A stretch of DNA of 64,000 bases, taken from assembly GCA_030141605.1 (NCBI GenBank), contig JAQGDQ010000757.1:37364-101363 (forward strand), in the 5' to 3' direction. The notes beneath the pieces are model-generated. The model saw only the letters and a list, made by a program, of their open reading frames with translations. It had not been told where the DNA came from and made no database searches. The position numbers were made by a program, and so were the translations under genes. Position 1 is the first letter of the stretch; each line of letters opens with the position of its first letter. This document shows positions 12,680 to 25,187 of the stretch, piece after piece. The DNA comes from Tubiluchus corallicola (taxonomy: Eukaryota; Animalia; Priapulida).

Positions 12680-12828
12680 GGGGAAGAAATACCTAAACCC
12701 GCTGCATCTGTCCAGAAGCAGTTTAAGGAGAATGAGAAAACATGGTACCAACTGCGTAACAGAATCGAACATTTGTACCATCAGTTGCAACAGGAGGATC
12801 TTGACCCTTGGCAAAATTATGATAATGT
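12680..12828 (+). CDS. SYNE1: Exon: spectrin repeat (ORF track shows wrong frame)
   Basis: FKENEKTWYQLRNRIEHLYHQLQQEDLDPWQNYD; phase 0-2. Confidence 0.82.
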
Positions 12829-13626
12829 GTAAGTAAAAACTGTTATTAAGGAAAATAAGTACAAATCAGTACAAATTTTTGTTTTTCTGACTATATTTAT
12901 TTATCTGGAGTTTTTGGCAGTCTATCAAATCATTAGTAATTAAATCACCACTGTATAAACTAATGAGTTTTCACTATATTTGTACAGTTTTTATCACTGC
13001 TGTCAATAGATGTTATTGGCTATAGTAACAACTTTTCAACTTTAGCCACTGGTTCGATACACTCTGTGCTGCTACTTAGTCTTCGCAACTCTCAGAGTTC
13101 ATGAATTTCCTTTGTATGACTAATATCTTTAACTGCATATTTTTAATTTACTATTTTTTATGTGTGAGAATGTGAAATGCAGCAAAATAAATAAATAAAT
13201 AAACAAATGAATAAAAATTCTGGGGAGGTTATATTACATTTTTTATCTACAGCTTCATGTAATTGCCACTGCCATTGCCAGTCATAAAGGTGTACTTTTT
13301 TTTACCACCTAGACAGCCTAATTTTAATAACCTTAATTAATTTTAATGATGTTATAGGAGTCAAATAAATACAAAAAATTCTAACATGAACAGGAGAGAT
13401 TTGAGTTAAGCCCGTTGGAGCTTCATTTTCAATTCTGATAATAAAGAACCCTCCCACGTTTATAAAAAAGAAAACTTCATGTAACTATATTCATCCATTA
13501 CTGCATGTAACAGACAACCATTCAATGGCTGCTAGTGTTTGTTTTTCCAAAAAATAAGCATTAAGCATTAATGCTGATATTAAAAATATGTTTGCTGACA
13601 TATATGTTTGCTAACTACAATTACAG

Positions 13627-13735
13627 GTTTTCATCATTACAATCATGGATGAATGTGATGCATACATCATTGGGTCAAATTAAACAACAAACATTAATGA
13701 CATGTGAGAATCGACTGCTTTTTACCCAGTTTATG
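13627..13735 (+). CDS. SYNE1: Exon: spectrin repeat
   Basis: ttacag / gtaaat; phase 2-0; LQSWMN. Confidence 0.82.
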
Positions 13736-13942
13736 GTAAATGACAAATTTTTATTTTTTTCATTTGTTCACTGTGATTACAGTACCCAAATTGGCTTTAT
13801 TGTTAAAACAGCATAATTTTTTAAAATAGCTTAATGCCAAAAAGTACTAACATTAAGTGTTCTCAACTTGTTTTAGTAATAATAGTCATTATTTTAATGA
13901 AGTTTTAAAGACAACAAACAGCACAAGCTGTAGTTGGTTTTA

Positions 13943-14053
13943 CATAACATAACAAGTTAACATAACATAACATAACATAACATAACATAACATAACATAA
14001 CATAACATAACATAACATAACATAACATAACATAACATAACATAACATAACAA
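13943..14053. repeat. (AACAT)n pentanucleotide microsatellite
   Basis: Directly visible. Confidence 0.95.
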
Positions 14054-14362
14054 GTTAAATTTACTTACGGAAAGCCAGTAGTATCTTTTTTCATTTTTCA
14101 AATAATTCATTGTTAAACACACATCCTGTCAAATGTAAACTGTTTGAACTGTTTCTGCGGTTCTAGAAGTACCTTCATCTGAATATGTATCAGCATTATT
14201 TCAGGCTAATCCTCTTACTTACTGGATTTACAGATGCAGTTAACTGTTATGAACAGATAATTCCAATCTTGTGACTTGATCTGTCAGTTTGTTCATAAAC
14301 AGTACAGCAAATAAGTACAGGTTACAAAAATACGTCTTTTTCACCTTTTTCTTTTTATGCAG

Positions 14363-14522
14363 GCTGCATGTGAGGATGCAATCCAACAAGAAGGGAAGAT
14401 TTTGTGGCTGCAAGAGGAGTTTGAGAGACTTAAACTAAATTCACCTCCCAAATATGTGATGGACAAGGAAGCAAAACTGCAGATGTTGGTTGACCATTAT
14501 CAGAATCTACGGCCCAAAATTG
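14363..14522 (+). CDS. SYNE1: Exon: spectrin repeat
   Basis: atgcag / gtatgc; phase 0-1. Confidence 0.83.
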
Positions 14523-15278
14523 GTATGCTTTTTATGTTACTTAAATTTTCACATAATAAAATATAAGAAAATTGTTTAATTTTAAATTTAGTAGATAGTC
14601 AGACTGATTGTCTGATAAAGGTGGGTGGAGACAAATAAACAAACAGACACATAAGTAGTTATGCAAATAGGAGTGTTTTCACTATAAGAAATAATTGAAA
14701 AAAGCGAAAGAATTTTATGTACACTTGATTACTAACTTGATTTTAGCACACAAATAACATAAGTTACAATGTTGTCTTTTGTCATAATACCATTAGCATC
14801 TTTGATTTCAACACATAAAAATAATAACAAGAGTGCAAATAAGGATGGTTGCTAGGTGACAAGGGTGGTTGCTAAGTGACCTGTTGGTTTTTCACCTTTC
14901 AGTTTATTGCACCTTGTGTGTCTGTAAATTTCTATACATGATACGAAAAAGCCAAATAAATGCTACGTTCTAAAAAATTCTAGCGTATAAACATTTGGCA
15001 ACTAAAAAATAGCAGTTAGCATAAAGAACAAAAGTAGTATTTGCACATATTAACTTATTGTTGTCGGAAACCATTGAAATATGGTTGGTATTTAGGTCAA
15101 ATACTCCCTTTTTCTTTCTTTTTTCCACTGGTAGATGCCTATCTGGTGGATTTGAAATATGGTGGGGCATTTGCTGATAAGATTTTGTTATTTTTATTTA
15201 TTTTTGTACAGTTACCTTGGCTCATAAAGTTTTCTAAAGTGTAATATGCTGTACTGTTACATGGTATTTTAATTTCAG

Positions 15279-15439
15279 AAATGACCACAGGCCAGTTAGA
15301 CATAATAACTTCTTGTTATGCTTACCTGCAAGACACTGAGTCAGTTCGGTGCTGGTTAAAACAGGCTAAGGCTGCTATCATAGCAGAGCCAAGAGTGGCA
15401 AGCAAAGACAATGTACGGCACATGCTCTCTGATCATCAA
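15279..15439 (+). CDS. SYNE1: Exon: spectrin repeat
   Basis: tttcag / gtatgt; phase 1-0; VRCWLKQAK. Confidence 0.83.
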
Positions 15440-15509
15440 GTATGTGTTTGTGCACTTTTATTGTGTTTGCATGGAAGATGTTGTTAATCGTCAACTTTTT
15501 GCAATTCCT

Positions 15510-16120
15510 TAGAACAAATCAGTATGATTTTTCATTTCCTACTCCATTTTGAAGTAAGCTAAAAGGTGAACATGTTAAGACCTGTGATAATGTCAGTGCG
15601 TTTATTATAATTGAATAATAGGCTAAAATCTTATTTAACTGCAAGCGCGTCCAATTTTTGATGCCATCACAACTGAACATAATTTTGAACGGCACAAATA
15701 TTCCATGTGTGTGTTGCATGTGTTTACAAAAGCGAAAATTGAAGTATGGTACTACTGTACAACATTCCATGTAATATACAAAAATTCAGCAAATTTTAAG
15801 TTCAAAATTCAAATTTCAAGTTTACTGCTATCCAATGTGTACACTGCGTTGCAACTGAACAACTCTGTACTGTGAGTACAGCACACATTTTTTGCGCAAT
15901 GCTGTGAGATGCAGGCGTTAGTGCCCATCTGACTAGAGAATGGGGCAATGCATGTAACAGTAAAGAAATTGCCTCGTGAACATGAATTTTCAATTCTGCA
16001 GTAATAATTCTTTTACGTAAGTCATTCTTGGAAAAAATAGTATGTTCCCTCTTAGTATTTTGTAGGGTAGATTCTACTGAGCTATAGTTTAAGATTAGGT
16101 CGTGATAAAGCACTTTCTTC
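15510..16120 (+). mobile_element. Degraded copy of the TTAA-flanked MITE family at 45377
   Basis: Shares the gtactactgtacaacatt and gggtagatt..tgagc.atagtttaagatt.ggtc blocks with 45377-45764. Confidence 0.55.
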
Positions 16121-16539
16121 AGTGGTATTTTTCCAGTATAGCATATGAAGAAAATATGTGAAAGCCAAAAAATCCCTATCTTTTTTATCCTTAAGTGTTT
16201 CATGAATGATCTACATTAAGTTGTAAATTATAGATTTTTAGATATTAAAATGTGGTTAGCCAGAATTAATAAACTTAGCCTAAATGATCTAGCAAGATTC
16301 TAAGATTGAATCCTGTTTGACTCATAATTGTTGATTGCATATAAAAAGTTAGGTTTATTAATTAAATTATCACAGTTCGTTATCTGAAAATATATCATTG
16401 AGTAAGGCCAGCTAATTTGATTACATTGATAAGTTATAAATTGTCAAAGGATCTTAAATGCAGAATAATGTGTTACTTTGCAAAAATACGATACTTTCAA
16501 ATTAACAGGTGAATACTATCATTTATTTTTTCTTTGCAG

Positions 16540-16716
16540 TATATTTTACAAGAATTGGAAGAAAAAAGCGGCGAAATTTCGGATCAAATTCAAAAAGGCC
16601 ACCTTTTGCAAGGAACGCGATTTGCTCCAGTTTTTGTAGGTGAAATTGTAGAAATTTTGGGCAAGACCAGTGAAGATATACAGGTTCCTGCAGAGAAATC
16701 AATGTCAGTATTAAAG
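16540..16716 (+). CDS. SYNE1: Exon: spectrin repeat
   Basis: ttgcag / gtaata. Confidence 0.82.
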
Positions 16717-17290
16717 GTAATAGCCTAAAATAATCTAGCTAATTTTAAGTTACCAATGCTGTTTTTTACAGCAAAAATTTTACAGTTAATGTCCTGTTTT
16801 TTAATTGCTACTTGCTTGTTTTTTTTGGTAATTGCCTGTGTTAATTCGACATGTTAAGGATTCAATAATGTTGTTCAGTAGCACAATGTTTTAGTTAAGC
16901 TTTGCTCTAGAGCAAAAATATCTTTATAATCGAGTTCTATAATCCTTTAGTAGTTATGGTTTAATGCGATTGAGTTTTCTGAGTAATTGTTTGTATTGAT
17001 CTGCCTAATATTTTATTATGGAATTGATAATATTGTTAAATGGCACCACTTTTAATTTAGAGTAACTAGAACACGAGAAACTTTAATTTGAAAGAGCAAA
17101 TTTTCTTAAATGGTGACTATCTATAGAATCATTCTCTCAGTGTTTTTTGGATTTTTTTCCACAATTTTGTTAATGAAATGTGAAAAATATTTACCTACTA
17201 CTAGTTTTTAAGACATAGTATTGCAACAATCCCTCCAGAGAGGGAAATGCTTTACAAAACTTAGTCTTTTTAATCATTGTATCTCTACAG

Positions 17291-17431
17291 AACATTATTG
17301 CAATGAGGGATCAGCAAGAATCATACACAGATCAGGTCGTACAAGAAATACGGTTTGCTGAAGCAGAACTGCAAAAGCCTTACATTTACAGTGATAGTAA
17401 CAAGGCATACTGTGGGCTTGAGCATGCTCAG
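17291..17431 (+). CDS. SYNE1: Exon: spectrin repeat (ORF track shows wrong frame)
   Basis: NIIAMRDQQESYTDQVVQEIRFAEAELQKP; ctacag / gttagt. Confidence 0.8.
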
Positions 17432-17456
17432 GTTAGTCAATAAGTTAGGTGTATGC

Positions 17457-17465
17457 ATGTGTGTG

Positions 17466-17497
<32 letters not shown>

Positions 17498-17531
17498 GGT
17501 GTGTGTGTGTGTGTGTGTGCGTGCATGTGTG
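17457..17531. repeat. (GT)n/(GCGT)n microsatellite
   Basis: Directly visible. Confidence 0.95.
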
Positions 17532-18079
17532 TCTTCTAATTAATGCACTTGTATTGTTTGCTGTTATTATTCCTTGTAATGAATGTATGCTATTGACTTG
17601 TCATCATTTTGCACTTTCTAAAAAATAATCATCTGTTCTGTTTTCGTATTGTAGGTTTTAAATTTTTAATTGGCTGAGGCTGGCTGCTAAAGAGCTGAAA
17701 CATCCCAAATAAATTGCATTATTATGTTCATTATATCGATGGTGTTTTTGTTTCTAATTAGACCTCATTTCTAATAAGTGATTGAACCATGTAAAAAGAT
17801 GTCTCCGTCTGGTCTAATTATGTAGATATGCTTATTAAAATGTTAGCTGTTTATATTTCTAAGGCGTTTTGGACTATAGCTCCAAATGCAAAGAAAAGAA
17901 CGTTGATTTAGTGTTCGTTGTCCACATGTAGTAGATGATTTGTTACATTCTGTTCATGTTTTTCTAAGTTTACTTATCTGTCCATCTAGTTAAAGTTATG
18001 CTTGCTACAAACTATGGGCCGATCATGGTTATTCAGACTCCTGTGTCAGAACTTTGACAAAGGTATTAATATCTTGCAG

Positions 18080-18235
18080 ATGTGTCAAGAAAAATTGAAC
18101 AACATTGTCAGAGACTTGGATTTGCTACATTCAGTCACATCATCTTTATGCGAATTCTGCACCCCGGAATACGCTGCTCATGTGTTGAGTGGCATTCAAG
18201 AATTGGAAGCCAAATATGCGACTGTATCTACTCAG
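18080..18235 (+). CDS. SYNE1: Exon: spectrin repeat
   Basis: ttgcag (an alternative in-frame acceptor at 18049 is possible) / gtctat. Confidence 0.72.
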
Positions 18236-18807
18236 GTCTATCCTAATTTGTGTTGTCCTCAAAATGATAATTGATTAAATTTTTCACACAAATATTAATT
18301 TATTATAATATTTAGCTATTCTGTATCTTTGTTGAAGTTACCAATTAAGCAATTATGTTATATTAATAAGTTGAGAGTAGCATCAAAGAAATTGTTTGTA
18401 GAGTGAATAAGATGAGAAGCATCCAAGTAATTTGTTACTGATCTTGTAATTAAGAATTAAATTTGCATCATTAAAAGCACACAAGTATTATTAACGTCCA
18501 AGGTTTCAGCAAATTTCTTTGCCATGATCAATGCCACTTTAAACAGTATGAAAAGTATTTAGAAACAAAAGGTATTGGTTTCTATATACAAAGGTTTGTA
18601 TATACATGAACTATAGAAACTGCGCCTACATAAAAAATGCTAAATTTAAGTTAGTACTTGATGGTAACAGAAAACTTGATCCTAACAATTTGGCTGCATT
18701 GCACGCTTTCACCTCAAGAAAAAGTTTCATTGTGCTACAGTTAATAAAGTCATTATTATAAGTAAGTTTACTTATAAATGACAAATTCCTTCTTTTTGTA
18801 TTTTTAG

Positions 18808-18969
18808 CTCTCATCTAAAGTGAGTCAGTTAAAAACATTATGCAGTCTGTGGCAAAAGTATGAGCAAGATACAACACAAGTATTGCAGTCCACAGCCCAG
18901 TTCAAGGTAAAATTGGCAGAAATTCAGGAATCAGTATTTTCCACACAACAGAGGATTGAGATGGTTGAG
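18808..18969 (+). CDS. SYNE1: Exon: spectrin repeat
   Basis: ttttag / gtgcgt; LWQKYEQD. Confidence 0.82.
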
Positions 18970-19068
18970 GTGCGTATGATACAAATTGTTTGTTTAACAT
19001 ATATTTATTTTAATTTCTGTTAGATTTGTTATTACAATTTTTTGTATATTAAATATCTTCATGATAAT

Positions 19069-19432
19069 AAGCCTTTCCGTAGTTTCGCTATGCGTACGCG
19101 CAGTTGCTGTCAGTCAAAGATTAAGTGAACGCAGCGCGTCTTAACTACATCTGTCACGTGATCTTATGCACGTAACTACTTGTAGGTGAAACGGGTTAAA
19201 CTAACATGTTATTCTTATCTGAATACAGTTCGCAAAATAGCAGAAGCAATCCAGTAAAAATGAAATAGATGAACTAAAAATTAACGCCAAAAACTGTTAC
19301 TGTTATAACAACATGACTTTGTCAAGCGTAAACAAATGCAAAGCATTGTTTGGTTCAGATAATGTTGTTAGGTTCACGTAACCGTTGACGTTTTCATGAT
19401 CTTCATCAATTGCTGGAATTGTGAAAAGGCTT
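19069..19432 (+). mobile_element. Non-autonomous DNA transposon (MITE), copy 1
   Basis: Termini aagcctttcc...gtgaaaaggctt; aligns along its length with 40937-41347. Confidence 0.75.
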
Positions 19433-19469
19433 AAGGAAATGTCATGACTGTATGAATTGTTTAAAATAG

Positions 19470-19611
19470 ATGTTGAAGTCGGAACTTGAACTGATGAAGC
19501 ATCTGGTTTTGGAACTTGAAGATCAAGTTTTGCCAGAGATGACTGCCATGAATGACCAGCTAACATCTACTCTGAAGCTTGAGGTGCAAGCCCTACTTGA
19601 GGAACTGAACG
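19470..19611 (+). CDS. SYNE1: Exon: helical segment (not in ORF track)
   Basis: MLKSELELMKHLVLELEDQV...LLEELN; phase 0-1 matches next exon. Confidence 0.78.
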
Positions 19612-20555
19612 GTAGATTGCACTGTTTTGTAACTTGAAATTTGTAACTTGAAAACAAATGCTGGCTGAGTACCAATATGATAGGTTACTTTGGTAGGTTG
19701 CTTGTGCACAGAAACTAACGAGGTTTAGCCTTCTATAGGAAATGTGTTAAAGCAGTTGAATGATTACACGCCAAAGCCAAAGATGTAAGCTGTAATTCAG
19801 CAATCCAGTGCTGAAATTTGAAGTGTAAATCTGTGTTGTACAATTAAATGGTGCTGGAGACATTTAAGTGAATGTAAAAGTTAGGATGAAGTTGATCTGT
19901 AGGTAATAGTAAGTAAGCAATTTATTGTCATTATGTTATAATATACTGAAATTTGTGTGGTTTTATGCACTACAACAAAAGAAAATTAACACAAACCAAT
20001 TCATTTAGTTGCTGAGTAAGCACTAATAAGCTGCATACATTGATATAGAAAATATTGTAAATTTGCTGAAATTTACTTTTGATACTGCAAACTGCAACAG
20101 TATAGGTGGAATTTAAAGTCGTTTTGGTTTTAAGTGAACGATATGAACAGTTGATTACTGGATTACACTTACATTTGCATTTAACTTCATCGTTCAAGCT
20201 TGAACATAGTTACGAACATGCATTACATATAAAACACGTGAGAGGTTTGAGGAAAAACACTGGCAGAGCAACTAGGATCTTTTAAAATTACAGAAAAATG
20301 CTTGACTACAAGATCCATAGTTTTTTTGTAGAGTTAATGAAAAATTAGTGTTATTGCTATAAAACAAGTTTAATTTTTATCTAACATTCTTAAAATGTTT
20401 TACCTTATTTTTATTTTATTGTATTTTTCATTGATACAAGCAAAACTAGAAAGCAGATTAAAATATGACTTAAGATATATTATTATATAATGTATATATA
20501 ATAAATATGTATATAAAAGTCTTATATAAATACCTTGCATTTATTCATTTTTTAG

Positions 20556-21514
20556 ATGTTTCTGATACTGTTAGTGTGGAAGATGAAGCTCTGAGAGTAG
20601 AAATGGCCGGAGAATATCTGCAAGATGCTATGTTGCCTTTCGAAACTTTCCAAGATGCCCAAACTGTAGTTAAGGACGAACAGCCAGAAAGGGGAGTTGA
20701 AGCAAACGTAGAAAAAGAAACTATTTTCAAAGGAGTTGACCAGGACATTCCAAATGATTTTAACTGGACAGTTGATTTTGATGAAATGAGTGGTAAAATT
20801 ATAGAGCATGATCAAAGCCAAGAGAAAATTATTACAAAGAAAAAGGTTGATGTAGATCATGAACCCATTATACTTTCTGAAGCTGACGAAGTGCCAAATG
20901 AAACTGTGATTAGCCAAGAACTCATTGTTCCTTTTCAAGTAGAAACAGGCGGCATTGGTGATAAAGATGATAAAGAACAAGAGGTAAATGGCTTTGTTAA
21001 AGTTCCTGATCTTCTTGGAAGCACTGAAGCCATTTTGGAAGCTGTATCACCTGATGATGAGACAGCACCCACTTTCTTTAATGTGGAAGATGAGTTTCCT
21101 CTACTTGCCAGTATAGATTCAGAAGATGAAAATAAACTACTAGTTGATGTGTTAAAGCAAGACTTAGATCACATTGCAGAAAGACCTGATGAACTTGTCC
21201 CATGTGTGGCAACTGTTGAAGATGAAATTTACAGAAATGATGCGGACGATACATCTGTTAAACGTACAAGTGGCAGAGAAATGCCAGAAGCAGATCGGAT
21301 ATTTGAACCAATGCTTCCAGCAGATGAAGAAGTTGGAAGCGTTTCGGAAGAGTCAGATCAGGAGAGCAGAGAACTAGGAGAAACTGCTGCCATATATGAA
21401 GAACATCTAGTGCGGTTATTCAGCAATCTGGATGGTGCCGAGCTGGTCGTCAATTCAGATCTTCCGGAGTGCAAACATTTAGAAGACATTGATGAACTTT
21501 TGCAGAATCATAAA
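20556..21514 (+). CDS. SYNE1: Large exon: acidic disordered insert plus start of a spectrin repeat
   Basis: 959-nt open frame; tttag / gtaagg; phase 1-0; ends LEDIDELLQNHK. Confidence 0.87.
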
Positions 21515-22271
21515 GTAAGGAGCTAAGATTTTGTTACACAGAGCAGTAGCTAGTGATAAAAAACTTGAATAACACCATGGCCTAATCGTAGATGTTGAAG
21601 TTTTACTTTCTGGATATATTTTTGTCAGTAGAGGTAGCACCGTTGGTTGTATTGTGTTATATTAATAGGGTAAGGCTTTATTTAGGCTTTGCGTGTCATA
21701 ATTATCCAACTATAGCCTTCAAACAGTAAAACTAGCTGACATAATTTTAAGGTTCTTATGTGTCATACTAGGCTTTCAATTAACAAGAGTTCTTTGTAAT
21801 GAGTAATTGAACCCCTAGACTAGTCTACCAGCATTGGTAGATCATTTAACAGAATCATGTAAGCATCTTTTAGTCTTTGTATCCGTTTCACTTGTAATGT
21901 CACAAATATGCATGTTTTGTTATACTGAAATGGTTAAAAATTTAATTGTGGGAAAAGTTCTCAAAGTAAAGTACGGTTTGTAACACGACTTTTCAGTTCA
22001 ATGCTGCTCTATGGATTTTTCAAGGTAAACATTAAATTAGAATATGCTGTCAGAGAGGTAGTTTTCTCTTAAGTCGATCCTGATAAATTTTATTCTCACT
22101 TCTGCCAACATGTATAAGTAGTTGCCATTTTTATAAGCCCTAGGAACTAATCTTGTTCCAATTAACTCAAAAAAGAGGCCCAGTGTCATTTGACTTATTT
22201 GATGTGCGAAAAAGAATAATGTTTGATTAAGCTTGTAATAGGCTGTGACTAAGGATAAACTCTGTTAACAG

Positions 22272-22420
22272 GAATTCATGTTAGAGCTGGCTCCTCATGA
22301 AATAATGCTGCAGGAAATTCTGTCGCAGGCAGAACAGTTTCCATCAATATCTGTAAATGTGCATTCATTAAGAGGTAGATGGGACAACTTGCAAACAGCT
22401 GCTGAAAAGCGAACAGAGAG
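22272..22420 (+). CDS. SYNE1: Exon: spectrin repeat
   Basis: LRGRWDNLQTAAEKR; phase 0-2. Confidence 0.85.
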
Positions 22421-22481
22421 GTACCTTGTTCTTTTACAGGCTTTACGACAGATAAGAGTGTCAGAAATTATGTCCTGTATA

Positions 22482-22775
22482 CAAGGCCGGATTATGACCT
22501 TTTGCAGCCCCTAGGCTAATTAAATTATAAGCCCCCTCTAACAGAGCCACTCTTTAGCTCGTCTGTCTTGTCTCAAATATTTTTTACTATTTTTTACTAA
22601 AACACGTTTTAGTAAACTTATTGCAAATTCAGCTTCCTTTTTTAAACTTGAAATTTTGCTTGAAGTTAAATGAAGTATTCAGCAATACAAAATATTAAAA
22701 TATTAAATTCATTAAAAAAAATGTTTGAAAGCTTGAGTGGCCCTAGGCTGCAGCCTATAAGGTAGTCGGGTCCTG
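22482..22775. mobile_element. hAT-like MITE
   Basis: Termini caaggccgga...gtcgggtcctg; 8-bp flanks cctgtata / actgtatg (6/8 TSD). Confidence 0.6.
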
Positions 22776-23199
22776 ACTGTATGCCAATTTACATAATTTA
22801 TGTTACATAGTTAAAGCTGATTATCATCATAATGGAATTTAATGAAAATCTTTAAATTTAACAAAATGTAAATGTGCTGTAATTCGTTGTTGTTTGGCTT
22901 TTTAAGCAGTTTTACAGGGACTGTGTACAAAGAATAGTAATAGCCAGTTAGGTTACGAATTTCCGTGCTGTAGTGTTTGCGAATATGACAAATAGTTTCG
23001 TTGTCTTTTATATTTAATTTGGTACACTGCAAGCTGGAATCTGGTAACCAGTGACAGGGCCTACTCAAAGCAGAGGGTTATGGTAAGACCGGAATCTTGC
23101 TCATTACAAGGCTATCTCTCTGAGATTAGACACTCAGTCATTAGAAGTGTCTCTGCCACATTCAAATGTGAATACATCTTCCCTCAGTGAGACAAGCAG

Positions 23200-23363
23200 A
23201 CAGAATCACCATGGTGAAATAAAACCACCCAGAAGGAGTATTGAACTCAGCAATCACTCATCCATTACTGATTGTCTTAGTGACATTCCTGAATTTCATC
23301 ACCAAATCCATGTCATAACTACTTGCCTGTTTACCTTCGCTTTACTAAAGAACTCACCTTTTT
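23200..23363 (+). repeat. Dispersed repeat, second copy at about 25440-25596
   Basis: Shared cacccaga..gagtattgaactca.caat.actc..tccatt.act and atgtc.t.ac.acttgc blocks. Confidence 0.65.
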
Positions 23364-23365
23364 AG

Positions 23366-23519
23366 GATTGAGAATTTGCTGACAGACTGGAACAATTACA
23401 GTACGGAAGCAGAGAAAGTGCGTCCATATTTAGATGCTACTTTACAAAGATTAGATTCAGCAGTCAAACTGACGACATCAGACATCACGGAATTAGAAAA
23501 AGTGCAGCAGTTTTACCAG
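23366..23519 (+). CDS. SYNE1: Exon: spectrin repeat (not in ORF track)
   Basis: IENLLTDWNNYSTEAEKVRPYLD; phase 2-0. Confidence 0.83.
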
Positions 23520-23842
23520 GTATGATAATTGCCTTTATGGAGTGAGGTTACGTCAGTCATTGATCTTTAATTTCAATCTGGTAATAATTTATTAATGTTT
23601 TAATGTTAGTTAGTTAGCTTTAATGTTTTCATTGCAGTACTAAGACTGTATGACGTTACATGATAATATAATAATCATAATAAAACAAACATTAACATTT
23701 GTTGAGTTCTTTAATAAACAAATTGGTATTTGTTGAGCATGATCTAAAATTTAAGTCACATTTTATCAATATAATAATGACAAAAACACAATATTTAAAC
23801 TATTATTACAAGAAAACCAGTTGTTGTAATAACAATGACAAA

Positions 23843-24612
23843 TATCATCATATCATATCATATCATATCATATCCATTCGGTTCCATGTCAGGCATCTCT
23901 GCTTGTTGACCGATCATAGTCTACACTTTAAAATCTATTTAGTGAAATAGTTTTAGTGCTGTATTGGTGGTGCAGCTATGTGTCATTCAGTTCAAGTAGT
24001 TATAGCGTTTGCATAAAGATCCACGACCAAATATTGTTCCAAAGATTCACGACCCTCAAGCTTGTGTCATGTGGTAGTGCCACTGTACCTTTTCTTTAAC
24101 TTATGTGGTTGGCTCCTAGTTCTTGTTTGATAAATTCTTCGCGGGATCTCAGCATGTATACTATACATTCCACGTGTAAACTGTATATTTCTATCGTATG
24201 ACCTTGGACCGTCTGTACCCCATACTAAACAACTCCAAAGCCTGTAGATGCTCCTTCTAAGGCAATTTTTTATCTCTGGGACTATCCTGGTTGCTCTATG
24301 AAGAACTCCCTCAATCAAATTCTGCCAGGTCTTTTACAAACCTGGGCAATGGGCATCCATGCTGTTTTGTCATAGTCGAGGTGTGGCCTAACTAACACTG
24401 CAAATAAAAGTTTAATGTCATTCCATCAAAGAATTCGTATGATCTTCTGATAATCCAAGTATCTTATTAGCCTGACTCACTTGAATTTTGGAAAACTTCA
24501 AGGCATAATCCATGCACAATCTAATTCGTATGATCTCTGATAATCCAAGTATCTTATTAGCCTGACTCACTTGAATTTTGGAAAACTTCAAGGCATAATC
24601 CATGCACAATCT
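23843..24612 (-). mobile_element. CR1/L2-type LINE 3' fragment (dead) with (GATAT)n tail and internal 90/91-bp tandem duplication
   Basis: Minus-strand ANKILGL, VRPHL, IEGVLHRATRIVPEIKN and RTRSQPHKLKK motifs with frameshifts. Confidence 0.85.
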
Positions 24613-24884
24613 GCAATATGAACCATTTATAACTTGAAGAGCTTTGCTGCCAGTAAGTGAAAAATAGTTTTTCTTCTAATAAAAATTTAAACATTTTCTG
24701 TGATTTCCCATTGTTGATAAAATGTCAGATTTACATTTGTACAGTTATACTCAAGAATTGTACTCTTTGTTTAACAAACTAATTAAATTTGACTTTTTTA
24801 GTGTTTTTACAGGAAGGATATTCGGTAGTGAGGACACCGAACATAAAAAAATTAACGTCTGACTAATTTTCATTACTTTCACAG

Positions 24885-25187
24885 GCTATCAGCAGTGAAT
24901 TTTCTCAAATGCTGCCAACTATAACTTCACTTCAGGAGATTTTCGACAGAATGTCATCTTATCTTGATGCAACAAGTACTATAAACATGACAAATGTTTC
25001 GCTTGTGGAAAAATTTGATGAATTGAAGCTGAAACTTGAACGCGGTGTTAGTTATATCAGTGCCCACGTGTCATTGTTTGAGAAACTGCAAGAGTTGAAC
25101 AACTGGATGACGACGGTGCAAGAAAAGCTCACTCTGACCGGTACTCTGACGGAAACAGATGCTGATTCATTGTTGAATAATATTAAG
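24885..25187 (+). CDS. SYNE1: Exon: spectrin repeat
   Basis: cacag / gtaatt; LNNWMTTVQEKL. Confidence 0.85.

Noticed and set aside
13940-14122. (CYVML)n ORF
   Set aside because: Pentanucleotide microsatellite translation.
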